Position numbers and translations under genes: made by a program. Shown here in pieces: positions 39,549 through 49,086 of a DNA stretch of 64,000 nucleotides. The first letter of the stretch is position 1. Every line of letters begins with the position of its first letter. Under the pieces are notes generated by a model. That model saw only the letters and a list, made by a program, of their open reading frames with translations, made no database searches and was not told the DNA's origin. Source of the DNA: a virus; IMG/VR virus record IMGVR_UViG_3300046557_000205, positions 6,565 through 70,564 of that record. One strand, 5' to 3'.

Positions 39549-41402
39549 TTAATGAATTTCCGAATAACGTGAACCGAATTGTACTGAAATACCTAGTTCT
39601 CGGTTCAACCTGAGTTGATTATTAGTTTCTGCAATAGTCTTATTCAAATATTCTGTGATCTGTTCGGAATATCCTTTCTTGACACACAAAACAATTTCAT
39701 CATGGAACTGAGCAGTAAGTTGTTCTCTCTCTGAAAGTACCTTACGTACCCACAGATCGAAGACATAAGCTGCTGTACCTTGAACCAAAGTACTAAAGAT
39801 GTCTTTCTCAAATCGAAGTGAATACCACAGCTCTGACACGGGGTTCCACAACCACATCTGACCATTGACTGTCTTAGTAGTTTGTTCATCAACAACAACC
39901 TTAATTGCCCAATTCAAATCCCAATAGGCCTTATGAAGAAGTGCAGCTTGCTCACGACCAATACCGCAAGTAATCATCAGACGGGCAATTCCAGCACCAT
40001 ACTGACAGGCATAATTACCATTCTTCGCAATATCCCTAACGGGTTTCTTCTTTGTATCACCTGCCTTATAAGCAGCAATATCTTCTTCGGTGAGCATTCC
40101 AGCCATCCCAGCAATAATCAAATGTGGATCGAAGTCTGGTTTGTTCATCGCATGTACGTATTCAGGATCATGTGGAAAGATAAAATGTTGTTTAATTCTA
40201 TCTTCCAGCGAAGCCATATCTGACCCGCATAGCTCATATCCATCTGGTGCCACCAGTGAGGCTCTAATTGCTTCTGCATATCGATTGGTAACTTTTGGAA
40301 GGTTAACAATAGTGGTATGTTTGAAACGTAGAGTGTTGGTCAACCCGTTAACTTGGGCAAGTATCCAACCGTCTTCTTGATCTCTCAGGAAACCCTTAAG
40401 AATACCAATCCTGTGTTGCAAGACAGACAGTCCATCCAACAACTCTAGGTTTGGCTCTTTATCATAAAGCTTCTTGATCGACGTACAAATCCCCTTACCA
40501 TGCTCCAGGTTAATCTGAGGAACTTCCTTAGTATCACCTGTCAGGGGGTTCTTTGTAGTCTTAAACGTCGTAGGGACCCAGCCAAGGGAGTATAACCAAT
40601 CTTTTACTTGTATGTTGCTCGAAGGATTTCCATCTTCGTATCCAGTGACAAGCCTAATCTCGCCTTCATAGTCGGCTGGTAAGTTATTTTCTGTACATAG
40701 TGCTACCCAAGCCATACCTAATTTAGTGTAATCCCCCGCATTATTGAGGAATCTCTTAGGTTTAGTCTTGACTTGTTCCGATGGTATCTTTGGCATAGCC
40801 GCTACCAAGGCTAGTTTCTTGACTGATTGGATTTCTGTCAATTCTTCCAGTGCAGAAGTCGCATATTCAATATCAAGTTTCCATCTACTTACTTCTTGTA
40901 GATGTGCACAATGCATTTTAAACTGCAAGTAGTCTAATAGTTTCCATACACCTTTGTCTGATCCGTAAATGTCAAGCAAATATCTGTACATCTTCTTCCA
41001 AAGTGCCACATTTATCTTAACATCTTCTTTGCATCGGTGTTCATACTCTTCTTGTGTTTGATCTTCCCAATTAAGAATGAATGGTTTCTTGATACCAAGG
41101 TCATCACCGTGGCTCTCAAGTCCATGTTTGTTACGTTCAGGGTACAGATACCAAGACAGGGATAGCGTATCAACCAACTTGGCTTTAATTTTAATACCAA
41201 GAATACGTTCTAATTGAGGAATGTCCCAACGGATGATGTTGTGACCAATTAGTACATCAGCTTCAAGAAGTATTTTCCTCATTCTGTTGTAATCTGGTGT
41301 GACGTGGACAGTAGAGGATGTTGGGTTACTCGCAGCTAGGCAGTGAAATCTTGTAGGTGTCAGACTGTCGCCTTCACAGTCGAATACCCATATCTTACTC
41401 AT
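39549..41402 (-). CDS. polA: DNA polymerase, family A, with 3'-5' exonuclease
   Basis: FDCE, GHNII.WD, DMASLE (motif A), RDIAKNGNYACQYG (B), HDE (C). Confidence 0.95.
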   Translation of the reverse strand: MSKIWVFDCEGDSLTPTRFHCLAASNPTSSTVHVTPDYNRMRKILLEADVLIGHNIIRWDIPQLERILGIKIKAKLVDTLSLSWYLYPERNKHGLESHGDDLGIKKPFILNWEDQTQEEYEHRCKEDVKINVALWKKMYRYLLDIYGSDKGVWKLLDYLQFKMHCAHLQEVSRWKLDIEYATSALEELTEIQSVKKLALVAAMPKIPSEQVKTKPKRFLNNAGDYTKLGMAWVALCTENNLPADYEGEIRLVTGYEDGNPSSNIQVKDWLYSLGWVPTTFKTTKNPLTGDTKEVPQINLEHGKGICTSIKKLYDKEPNLELLDGLSVLQHRIGILKGFLRDQEDGWILAQVNGLTNTLRFKHTTIVNLPKVTNRYAEAIRASLVAPDGYELCGSDMASLEDRIKQHFIFPHDPEYVHAMNKPDFDPHLIIAGMAGMLTEEDIAAYKAGDTKKKPVRDIAKNGNYACQYGAGIARLMITCGIGREQAALLHKAYWDLNWAIKVVVDEQTTKTVNGQMWLWNPVSELWYSLRFEKDIFSTLVQGTAAYVFDLWVRKVLSEREQLTAQFHDEIVLCVKKGYSEQITEYLNKTIAETNNQLRLNRELGISVQFGSRYSEIH

Positions 41403-41518
41403 GTATCCTTATTATAATAGTTTTTGATCTTGACGAAACTAAAAGCCTTGAACAAGAGCCAGATACCGAGGAAGTGCCATCCGTCCTGAAATGTAAAATT
41501 CAAAAAATCCATCATCAT
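41399..41518 (-). CDS. ~39-aa small membrane peptide (not in ORF track)
   Basis: MDFLNFTFQDGWHFLGIWLLF...; ATGA overlap with polA. Confidence 0.45.
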   Translation of the reverse strand: MMMDFLNFTFQDGWHFLGIWLLFKAFSFVKIKNYYNKDT

Positions 41519-41664
41519 AGTACTCGTACTACCTCATCATATCTATATTCTGTGATCAAACCATCGAAGAGGTTCTTTTCCCTCTGTTTACTAGGAGCAA
41601 AAAACTCCTTAGTTTCTACATGTTTTGATCTTGCTGTTGCAAAAAATTTACTAATCTTATCCAT
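41515..41664 (-). CDS. 49-aa hypothetical protein (not in ORF track)
   Basis: MDKISKFF..., follows promoter, AGGGA RBS. Confidence 0.45.
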   Translation of the reverse strand: MDKISKFFATARSKHVETKEFFAPSKQREKNLFDGLITEYRYDEVVRVL

Positions 41665-41674
41665 TCAATATTCC

Positions 41675-41713
41675 CTAGAGTATTATTATACCATATTAAT
41701 GATGCTGTGTCCA
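41675..41713 (-). promoter_or_regulatory. sigma70-type promoter
   Basis: TGGACA-17-TATAAT with extended -10 TG, then AATACTCTAG. Confidence 0.8.
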
Positions 41714-41759
41714 TAGAATAAGTAAAGCAAATCCTATTCCTACACACAAAATAAATTTA

Positions 41760-43319
41760 TCAATCTTCATTTGGTACTTCAAGTCCCTTTTCATATGGGT
41801 CTATCAGCATGAGAGTGTCTGTATCATAGAAAGCATAACCTGCTGGACCTTCTGTGGCCCCTGCTGTACGTGCCTTTTCGATCATCATATGCAACTTGAC
41901 CCGTTCACTTTCGTCATCGGTTGTCTTATTACGTGTCAGATCGATGACAGTATTTGCTACCTTACTAATGTTTCTTGATCCTCGGGTCTTACCGTCATCA
42001 TTGACGTGTGACACCATTACCAAACCAAACTTAAGTTCTTTAGCTAGGAACTTCAGTCTTTGTGATATCCGATCAAGTTTCTTACGTTCATCTCCGTCCT
42101 TATCGTCACCACCGCCGGTAGCTAGCCATGAGATATGGTCAAAGAAGATAATCTTACATTCATTGGCAACAACCATAAATCGAATGTCGTCAATGAACTT
42201 ATCATCATCCTCAACATCAAATGATGAATGCAAAACAAATCGATCTTCCTTTTCTCCAAGGATTAGTTCGAGTGTCTTTGCGATCTCATCATCATCTGCA
42301 TTAAATTCAGGATGCAGGATAGGCTGCTTAGTGTAGTAACCTACCATAGATCTCAGTGTCGTACTATTGGACTCTTCCAAATGGATGATACCAATGTTAT
42401 GACTGGTTGTTTTGAACGTTTGGTTCTCAACAGCCCTGAGGAACTCTGTCTTACCAAGTCCTTCCATCCCCTTAACAACGATCACTTCGGCTTCATGGAT
42501 ACCGAACAGCTTCTTTTGTAGGATTTCGAAGGGGTACTTAACCAGTAGTTGTTCCTTGTCCTCGTGGAGGGCTCTACGGAACTCTGACATAGTACTTAGG
42601 ATATTATCGGGGGTATACCTTTTAGTAGCTCTCCACGCTGCATAATAATCAGCACCGAGGTCCTTCTCAAGATACGAATTAGCATCTTTGCCCTTGTCCA
42701 GGCAGAGGTTGAAGACCTTCTTGAAGTCAAATAGTGAGGCTACTTTTTTGGCTGCCGCTTGTCCCGGCTCGTCGTTATCAAAATTAATAATGATCTTATC
42801 GAATGAGTTTATATAATCGTATTCGGCTGCACAGTCTGATTTAGCAGAAACAGAACTTCGGACTGAGACGACAGCTCCCTGCTCACCAATCATTTGAGAT
42901 GCTGCTAGGGCATCATACTCTCCTTCGGTGATTGTAATTGACTGCTTCGAACCTTTGTCATAAACATTGGACCCGAAGAGCATACCTTTCTTGAAGTCTC
43001 CTTTCGTCTTGAAAGTCTTTGTTGCCATCCCTCTGATCTTAATTGCACCAGTTGGATAGAAGAAAGCAGTTTCAATAGGAGTCCCTTCGAAGAACTTAGT
43101 CTTGACTGCATACTTTTCGAGGATTCTTTTACTGAGTCCCCTGTGTTCATACGTTTCTAACGTGTACTTGTTATTATCCATATCCTCTTCTTTGTTATTT
43201 CGGAAAGGTTTACCACCACACTGACCGAAACAATATCCATTACCTGATGTGTCCAATGCATAAGCATCACTTGAGTTACCACATGGACATGCTAATCCAG
43301 TCTGTGCCCAGTTCCCTAT
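41760..43319 (-). CDS. primase-helicase (T7 gp4-like; proposed AUA start)
   Basis: Zn ribbon CPCG..SDA...YCFGQC, TOPRIM EGEYDA/FDND, Walker A GLGKT, DH, SH. Confidence 0.93.
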   Translation of the reverse strand: MGNWAQTGLACPCGNSSDAYALDTSGNGYCFGQCGGKPFRNNKEEDMDNNKYTLETYEHRGLSKRILEKYAVKTKFFEGTPIETAFFYPTGAIKIRGMATKTFKTKGDFKKGMLFGSNVYDKGSKQSITITEGEYDALAASQMIGEQGAVVSVRSSVSAKSDCAAEYDYINSFDKIIINFDNDEPGQAAAKKVASLFDFKKVFNLCLDKGKDANSYLEKDLGADYYAAWRATKRYTPDNILSTMSEFRRALHEDKEQLLVKYPFEILQKKLFGIHEAEVIVVKGMEGLGKTEFLRAVENQTFKTTSHNIGIIHLEESNSTTLRSMVGYYTKQPILHPEFNADDDEIAKTLELILGEKEDRFVLHSSFDVEDDDKFIDDIRFMVVANECKIIFFDHISWLATGGGDDKDGDERKKLDRISQRLKFLAKELKFGLVMVSHVNDDGKTRGSRNISKVANTVIDLTRNKTTDDESERVKLHMMIEKARTAGATEGPAGYAFYDTDTLMLIDPYEKGLEVPNED

Positions 43320-43320
43320 A

Positions 43321-43590
43321 TTATTCTCCTTCTTCTATTTCATCGAAGACTTCATAATCCCAAAGTTGATCTGAAACGCTCTCATCACATTCAACACAAA
43401 TAAAGTGTAGGGGATCTTTAGGATCATTAACGAATGGCATGTTAGGTTTGTAATCACCAATGTTTGTGGCTATACTTTCCATTGACACACAGTCACAGAT
43501 GCTACATCGAAAGTAGCCACCTCTGTTAACTGACTTCACAAGCTCATCTAATTTCTTCAGTTCATCACTCATCAAATTACTTTCAATCAA
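43321..43590 (-). CDS. small CxxC...CxxC zinc-binding protein
   Basis: CSIC and CVEC pairs. Confidence 0.65.
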   Translation of the reverse strand: MIESNLMSDELKKLDELVKSVNRGGYFRCSICDCVSMESIATNIGDYKPNMPFVNDPKDPLHFICVECDESVSDQLWDYEVFDEIEEGE

Positions 43591-43594
43591 ATCT

Positions 43595-43633
43595 CTAGAG
43601 TATTATTATACCATTTGTAAAAATGTCTGTCAA
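43595..43633 (-). promoter_or_regulatory. consensus sigma70 promoter
   Basis: TTGACA-17-TATAAT, extended -10 TG, then AATACTCTAG. Confidence 0.9.
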
Positions 43634-43634
43634 G

Positions 43635-43922
43635 TCAAATATCGTCTTCTTGATCCCCTTGTTGAGTAGGATCATAAGGTATTTCAAAAATAATATGATC
43701 TACTATGTATATTGGATGGGTATAACGTGGATTATCATTATCTTCTTCATCCCATATAACCCAAATGACATCATCTGTCTCTTCTCTAACCTCTTCAATA
43801 ACTAAATTACCCCAAACAGATTCAGCAAAATTTTCTGTGGTTACGGTACCCCATTGCACATATGCATGATCCTCTTCCTCCCAATGATTGGTTGATATCC
43901 TATCACCCTCACTAAATGTCAT
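43635..43922 (-). CDS. tagged KOW/SH3-like protein 1
   Basis: MTFSEGDRI...YDPTQQGDQEDDI. Confidence 0.85.
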   Translation of the reverse strand: MTFSEGDRISTNHWEEEDHAYVQWGTVTTENFAESVWGNLVIEEVREETDDVIWVIWDEEDNDNPRYTHPIYIVDHIIFEIPYDPTQQGDQEDDI

Positions 43923-44160
43923 CTTCACGATCCCCCATTTGAGTTGGATCATATTGGAGTTCAACATACTTCAAGTTCCAAGGGCTAGCCCCGAGAGCTC
44001 TTTGACGTTTATTAAACCTGACAATACAAACTTCACCTGGTACATCAATTTGTTCAATAATACCTTGCCAACCGATCCAACTTCTAGCACACGCACCACG
44101 ATGACCATTTATATACTCTACATGATCACCAACTTTGAAGGTAATTTCAGATATCATCAT
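43912..44160 (-). CDS. tagged KOW/SH3-like protein 2
   Basis: FKVGDHV...YDPTQMGDREDDI. Confidence 0.85.
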   Translation of the reverse strand: MMISEITFKVGDHVEYINGHRGACARSWIGWQGIIEQIDVPGEVCIVRFNKRQRALGASPWNLKYVELQYDPTQMGDREDDI

Positions 44161-44413
44161 CTCGATCCCCCATTTGCTTAGGGTCATATGGTCTTTCACC
44201 AGGTTGTAGATGCCTAGTGTATACAGGATACCATCCTTCTATGGAATATCCTTTTGCTATTTCTACCATTTTCCCAGAAGTAAATATGATATTAGAGACT
44301 TCATTGTCATTCCATTGATGATGATAAGAATGAAATATACCTTGTGAGTCTTGGAAATCACTATTAGGGTGACCTGAATATACTAAAAGATCACCCTTCT
44401 TAAATGTCATCAT
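44147..44413 (-). CDS. tagged KOW/SH3-like protein 3
   Basis: FKKGDLL...YDPKQMGDRDDDI. Confidence 0.85.
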   Translation of the reverse strand: MMTFKKGDLLVYSGHPNSDFQDSQGIFHSYHHQWNDNEVSNIIFTSGKMVEIAKGYSIEGWYPVYTRHLQPGERPYDPKQMGDRDDDI

Positions 44414-44666
44414 CTCTGTCTCCCATCTGTGTTGGATCGTATTTCTTCTCTGACCATACAAGTTTAAGACTACTGGAATATATCGCATAGCCTGCGACTT
44501 TCTTGTCTTTTATTCCATCAGTTATACGACCAGCTGTAAAATCAACTATAGATACACCTCTGAGTGAATAACTTTCATGATACTTTTTGAAAATACCAGT
44601 TGATTCATGATAAGGATGACCTATTTGATCATACATTACTTCATCACCTGGATTAAATATCGTCAT
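44400..44666 (-). CDS. tagged KOW/SH3-like protein 4
   Basis: FNPGDEV...YDPTQMGDRDDDI. Confidence 0.85.
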   Translation of the reverse strand: MTIFNPGDEVMYDQIGHPYHESTGIFKKYHESYSLRGVSIVDFTAGRITDGIKDKKVAGYAIYSSSLKLVWSEKKYDPTQMGDRDDDI

Positions 44667-45006
44667 CACGGTCTCCCATTTGGGTAGGATCATACTTCAT
44701 TTCAGCAAGTTTCAGGGTTCTGGAATTACTAGAAACTCTACTATTGTTTTTTCCAAGGGTACGGACGTAATTACTACCAAGTGATTTCTGTGCAAATTCA
44801 TAAATCAAATATGTAGAGGTTGGAAAATGAATATCCTTAGATCCAACCCACCATTTAACATCACTCTTGGACTTATCTTCATCCCATTTAATGATGTATT
44901 CGGAGTTATTCGGACAGCAAGAAATGATTGTACCAAACCACTCCCCATTCATACCCATAGATTTATTGCTGTATTTAACAAAATCCCCCAGTTTAAACTT
45001 AGCCAT
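44653..45006 (-). CDS. tagged KOW/SH3-like protein 5
   Basis: FKLGDFV...YDPTQMGDRDDDI. Confidence 0.85.
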   Translation of the reverse strand: MAKFKLGDFVKYSNKSMGMNGEWFGTIISCCPNNSEYIIKWDEDKSKSDVKWWVGSKDIHFPTSTYLIYEFAQKSLGSNYVRTLGKNNSRVSSNSRTLKLAEMKYDPTQMGDRDDDI

Positions 45007-45051
45007 TATAGCACCTTTTAACTATTTGTGTAACAAATTTCACGCTGATCT

Positions 45052-45678
45052 TCAGCTAGTAAAATAATATGTTCTGTCATGTTGATAAATGGTAGCACAT
45101 GAGATTAAATGACCCTGTGCAAACATAGCATACTCTGAGAAAAATTCAAAGTCTACTAGATACATGAAAGCTTTGATTGCTCTCGTGTTGTCTTGCTTTT
45201 TGTCAGTGAGTTTTATCCATTCGAGTTCACGATTGTTACCCTCTGAATTACCCATGTACTTATCAATAGCACATAGAGTACGAAGATCCACCCCATACAC
45301 ATCACCTTCGATACGACCACAATACTGCATATTGAATACATCACTGTAGTTATCACGAAGGATTGTATCTGTCGTTGGAAACTTGAATGCCATTGGTTCT
45401 GGTGACTCAGAGTTTACATCGTAGTGATCATAGTTAGTACGTTTGAGTAGATACTCATCCTTACTATAAGTAATCCCCTCACCATAGTACTTACAATGAG
45501 CAAGATACGTTAGATTCAGTGGTCTATTACGACGAAGATTACCTGTAACCATAACAAGAAATTCATTATGGATAAGATTATAATCCTTGAGGTTGTTCCA
45601 GTCTGGTGTGTTCTCTGAGGCCTTTTCGATCCGAGCCCAAGGATCGTAATCAAGCGGCTTCCGCTGTCTGACTGACAT
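45052..45678 (-). CDS. divergent gamma-glutamylcyclotransferase (AIG2)-like protein
   Basis: VMVTGNLRR (cf. VYGTL), IEGDVYGV, IDKYMG (cf. LDxxEG), AFMY. Confidence 0.55.
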   Translation of the reverse strand: MSVRQRKPLDYDPWARIEKASENTPDWNNLKDYNLIHNEFLVMVTGNLRRNRPLNLTYLAHCKYYGEGITYSKDEYLLKRTNYDHYDVNSESPEPMAFKFPTTDTILRDNYSDVFNMQYCGRIEGDVYGVDLRTLCAIDKYMGNSEGNNRELEWIKLTDKKQDNTRAIKAFMYLVDFEFFSEYAMFAQGHLISCATIYQHDRTYYFTS

Positions 45679-46726
45679 CAGTAGTTCCCTTCTTCAGTTC
45701 AATAATCTTCTGTTCACCACGCTTCTTTGCTGCTTGAAGGAGACGGACGAGTTTAGTCTGCTTCCTTACCTGATCAGCCATATGACCCATCAGTGCTGCA
45801 ATAGAATATGGACCTTCATTATCAATCAGATCGACCCACTCATCATACGTGATAAGCGATAGCTTAGCGAGAAGCTCCGGATCATCAAGATCCCAACGAT
45901 CAATGATGTCAGTAACGGCTTTAACGATGACTGACGAACGAGCATTACTGAAGTCCCAAACCTGAACGTCTTGACTGGTTCCTGCAATAGTCCTGGAATG
46001 ATCTGAGGGCCGAAAAGGGCCTGCAATTGCTAGTTGCGCCTCCCTTTCTTTGCGTGCCTCCTCCCTTGCTGCTTCCTCGCTTGCCTTTCTAACATCTTCA
46101 AGTCTTTGAAAGTATGGTCCACGCGAAAGTTTATCAAAGTAATCGTTGTTGGAGATCCAAACTTCACCGCTTGTTTCACCACCATCTTTGTGCTTGTACT
46201 CGGACCAACCATAACCAATCTTGAGGAATGGCATATCATTCGAGATGAATAGACCCTTTGACTGAGATACCCACTGTTTTTCAACAATAAGCTTCCAGAA
46301 GTCGGGGTCAATATAATCACCCTTCCACTTGCTCAACCCCGGAGTGAGGATTTTTTCACAGAAATCGAGGGTGTCAGATTTGCCAGTGTTGTGTTCTCCA
46401 AACATACCCAAAGTGCCGTTGTGCATGAACCACACTTGACGCTTGTTACTATGATAGACCGAGAACGGTTGCGTATTGCTCTCGTCTGTTGCTCCCTTGG
46501 TCGACCAACGGACATGAAGAATGCGTTCAATATCTTTGTTGTCTTCGAGAAGATCATAGATTTCTTCTGGATCATTTCCCTCTGCCCTAAACTTCTTGAT
46601 CAATTGTGCATGTCCATTGCCATCCTTAAGGATTAGGCCATACCCATGTGGATTGTTATGCACTGCATTCGTCAAGTGCTCCTTGGTGATCATTGCACCA
46701 GAAGCCAGATGGATTATAACGCACAT
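45650..46726 (-). CDS. class II (Ntn) glutamine amidotransferase-like protein
   Basis: N-terminal Cys, NPHGYG, HVRWSTKG, NTQPF, HNG, SDT. Confidence 0.88.
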   Translation of the reverse strand: MCVIIHLASGAMITKEHLTNAVHNNPHGYGLILKDGNGHAQLIKKFRAEGNDPEEIYDLLEDNKDIERILHVRWSTKGATDESNTQPFSVYHSNKRQVWFMHNGTLGMFGEHNTGKSDTLDFCEKILTPGLSKWKGDYIDPDFWKLIVEKQWVSQSKGLFISNDMPFLKIGYGWSEYKHKDGGETSGEVWISNNDYFDKLSRGPYFQRLEDVRKASEEAAREEARKEREAQLAIAGPFRPSDHSRTIAGTSQDVQVWDFSNARSSVIVKAVTDIIDRWDLDDPELLAKLSLITYDEWVDLIDNEGPYSIAALMGHMADQVRKQTKLVRLLQAAKKRGEQKIIELKKGTTDVSQTAEAA

Positions 46727-46744
46727 CGTGAAAGTTCTTCCTAT

Positions 46745-47008
46745 TTAAATATCATCATCCCGGTCACCCATTTGTTTGGGATCATAGGGTATTTCTTTTG
46801 CATCTCGTTCCCATTTCCAAGCAGTAAAACCACTGTAACCGATTGAAGTGGGATAATCACCACCCCAACCGTGAATGAATGAGATCATCTTAGTCTTTTT
46901 GTTATTCTCTTTTATGAGGTGGGGACGAGGTTGGTGTTTTGCCTCATCAACTATCCATATCTCATCCCCAACTTCAAAGTCTTGGGCTTCAACTCTTTCT
47001 CTTTGCAT
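46745..47008 (-). CDS. tagged KOW/SH3-like protein 6
   Basis: FEVGDEI...YDPKQMGDRDDDI. Confidence 0.85.
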   Translation of the reverse strand: MQRERVEAQDFEVGDEIWIVDEAKHQPRPHLIKENNKKTKMISFIHGWGGDYPTSIGYSGFTAWKWERDAKEIPYDPKQMGDRDDDI

Positions 47009-47787
47009 TAGAATCCTGCCATTGCTGTCCGATAGTTGGTTACAGTTGCACCAGTGAGACCAGGAGCTGTGTTCACTTCAAGGGCATATGCACGATTGGA
47101 TGCCTGATTGAAGATCACATCAGAAGCACCGAAATCCAACCCAAGAGCTTGAACAGAACGGATACCAGCATCAAGTACACACGGTGGGACCACATGACCA
47201 TCATTGCGGGTATAGATGAACCCATTGGCCAGATTACGAATCTTCCAGTTGACACCTTCAGTTCCCTGATGCTCCGGACGAAGGCCCTTACGTTGTGTAT
47301 CAATTACTGCTCCACGACAAACATGAATACGATACTCATGCTTTTTGCTGATATACTTCACATACAAAGGAGCGGTCTGTTCCCAAGTATCCGGATGTTC
47401 TGGATCCATGATGACAATACCACGTCCTGAATGGGCTCTCAGCTGTGTCCGGGCAAATACCATAGTACCGGCCTCCAACCATGCCAAAGCCTCTGTACGG
47501 TTCGTTGTGAACTCAGGAGAGGGTACTCCTGCCTCACGGAACTTCTGGAATGTCAAAGTCTTGTTCACTGCGATATCAACGTTCTCTGGTTTGTTGATTA
47601 CAGTGCACTTTGCCAGTTCAGGGTTGGTGAACCGTTCAGTTGTCGCTCCCCAATTGAGAAGAATCTTATCCTTCGAACCCTTGAACTTGGAACCGTTATG
47701 CTTGACCCTCGGAATACCAAGAATCTCAGAAAGTTCCTTTGCGCCTTCAGATGCATTATTGTACGAAAACATTGCCTTGATAGTCAT
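47008..47787 (-). CDS. ATP-grasp ligase (RimK-like)
   Basis: NK, HSGRGI, EYRIHV, GLDFGASD, LEVNTAPG. Confidence 0.9.
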   Translation of the reverse strand: MTIKAMFSYNNASEGAKELSEILGIPRVKHNGSKFKGSKDKILLNWGATTERFTNPELAKCTVINKPENVDIAVNKTLTFQKFREAGVPSPEFTTNRTEALAWLEAGTMVFARTQLRAHSGRGIVIMDPEHPDTWEQTAPLYVKYISKKHEYRIHVCRGAVIDTQRKGLRPEHQGTEGVNWKIRNLANGFIYTRNDGHVVPPCVLDAGIRSVQALGLDFGASDVIFNQASNRAYALEVNTAPGLTGATVTNYRTAMAGF

Positions 47788-47788
47788 T

Positions 47789-48055
47789 TTAGATATCGTC
47801 CTCTCTGTCACCCATCTGGGTGGGATCATATGGAATTTCTGCTAGTCTAATAGTAGTACCATCGTTAGGGTGAGTGTATCGTCTACTAATTGGTCCTACT
47901 ACTTGAAAGTATTTTACATCAATGAGAGTGTTTTTATCCCATTGAATACCTACTGCTTCAGCACCTATATCAAAAACAATACCAGTACTACCAGCATAGG
48001 TTTTGGAACCACAATATTCAACTCGGTCCCCAATATGAAATATCTCTCCTGCCAT
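47789..48055 (-). CDS. tagged KOW/SH3-like protein 7
   Basis: FHIGDRV...YDPTQMGDREDDI. Confidence 0.85.
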   Translation of the reverse strand: MAGEIFHIGDRVEYCGSKTYAGSTGIVFDIGAEAVGIQWDKNTLIDVKYFQVVGPISRRYTHPNDGTTIRLAEIPYDPTQMGDREDDI

Positions 48056-49086
48056 TATAGATCACCCTGAGCATCCACAATCTTGTTGGTCGGATTGACA
48101 CGATGATAAATTTCGTAAACAATCAAACGTTCATGATAAGGGATCTGATCGAAACCAGAGTTAAACTGTTTCTGAGAGATTGCTTCCAATTGTTCCTTGA
48201 TCTTCTCCTTGTATACCGGCTTGACCTTCAAGATACCAAACTTAGACCAATCCTTCGATACACCTGCCAGATTTGCTGCATACCATACATCACGGTCCAT
48301 CTCTCTTTTGATGTCCTTGACGGTAGCCTTCAGCTTCTTAGCATGTTCCTTGAGGATGATATCAACCAGAGCTGGACCATTCTCACTGTACATCTTACAG
48401 ATTGTTGCAGGAGTTAGCTTAGGGTCAGCAGCGAACTGCTTGATCCGATCAATGATGTCGATCCATTCCTGGATGACCTTGATATCAGTCTCACCACGGA
48501 AGGAACGTACTTCCAGTGTCCCAAGAGTGGACAGAGTAGCAGCATTGAGTGCAGAGTACTTTACGTGCTCGGAGTTCAATACTGCCTTGCTGAACGAGTT
48601 TCGATTGATCTGTGATAGAAGGTTAATCCACTTGTTCAAAAGCCCCTCAGCGTCTCGTACGGGCAGACAGAACAGGTTTGACAGACGATCTGGGCCTGAA
48701 TATCGGATCAACATCGTTTCCAACAATACCCATGCTGTCATGAAGTTCGCTACTGTCAGGTAGGTCTCATTCAACATGTTGACATGTACATGAACAGATG
48801 TAGACACTGATGACGTCTTGAACTTCCATTTTTTGTCACAGGCTTGGAATTCAGTCAGTGCTCGTTCCAACTCAGGCCCACCCATAGGACCCTTCAAGAC
48901 ATACTCTACACCCCAATCTCGGAGAGAGTTGTCCTTTTTGGCTTCCCAATACTTGAGAGCAGGGTAATCATACTTCTTGTCGGTCTCAGTTTCGATCTCA
49001 ACACCAAAGTCTCCTGTGTAACGAGTACCAATCCCTCGTCCAGAAGACTTCATGATGTCATATACTTTATTCAAATTCGTAGACAT
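48055..49086 (-). CDS. putative amidoligase (Amidoligase_2, GS-like fold)
   Basis: FGVEIE, GVEYV, SVHVHVN, KYSALN, GTLEVRSF. Confidence 0.88.
   Translation of the reverse strand: MSTNLNKVYDIMKSSGRGIGTRYTGDFGVEIETETDKKYDYPALKYWEAKKDNSLRDWGVEYVLKGPMGGPELERALTEFQACDKKWKFKTSSVSTSVHVHVNMLNETYLTVANFMTAWVLLETMLIRYSGPDRLSNLFCLPVRDAEGLLNKWINLLSQINRNSFSKAVLNSEHVKYSALNAATLSTLGTLEVRSFRGETDIKVIQEWIDIIDRIKQFAADPKLTPATICKMYSENGPALVDIILKEHAKKLKATVKDIKREMDRDVWYAANLAGVSKDWSKFGILKVKPVYKEKIKEQLEAISQKQFNSGFDQIPYHERLIVYEIYHRVNPTNKIVDAQGDL

Noticed and set aside
30161-41402. Introns, inteins or homing endonucleases in nrdJ or polA
   Set aside because: Both ORFs are continuous, compact and have normally spaced motifs.
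43635-44694. CRISPR array or integron attC interpretation of the regularly spaced 42-bp repeats
   Set aside because: The spacers are ~200-240 bp coding sequences, repeat variation is mostly synonymous, the repeats are not palindromic, and no cas or integrase gene is present in the window.
48055-48072. Amidoligase ends DAQGDL, reminiscent of the tag's QxGD
   Set aside because: Too short, and lacks YDP and DDI; not counted as a copy.
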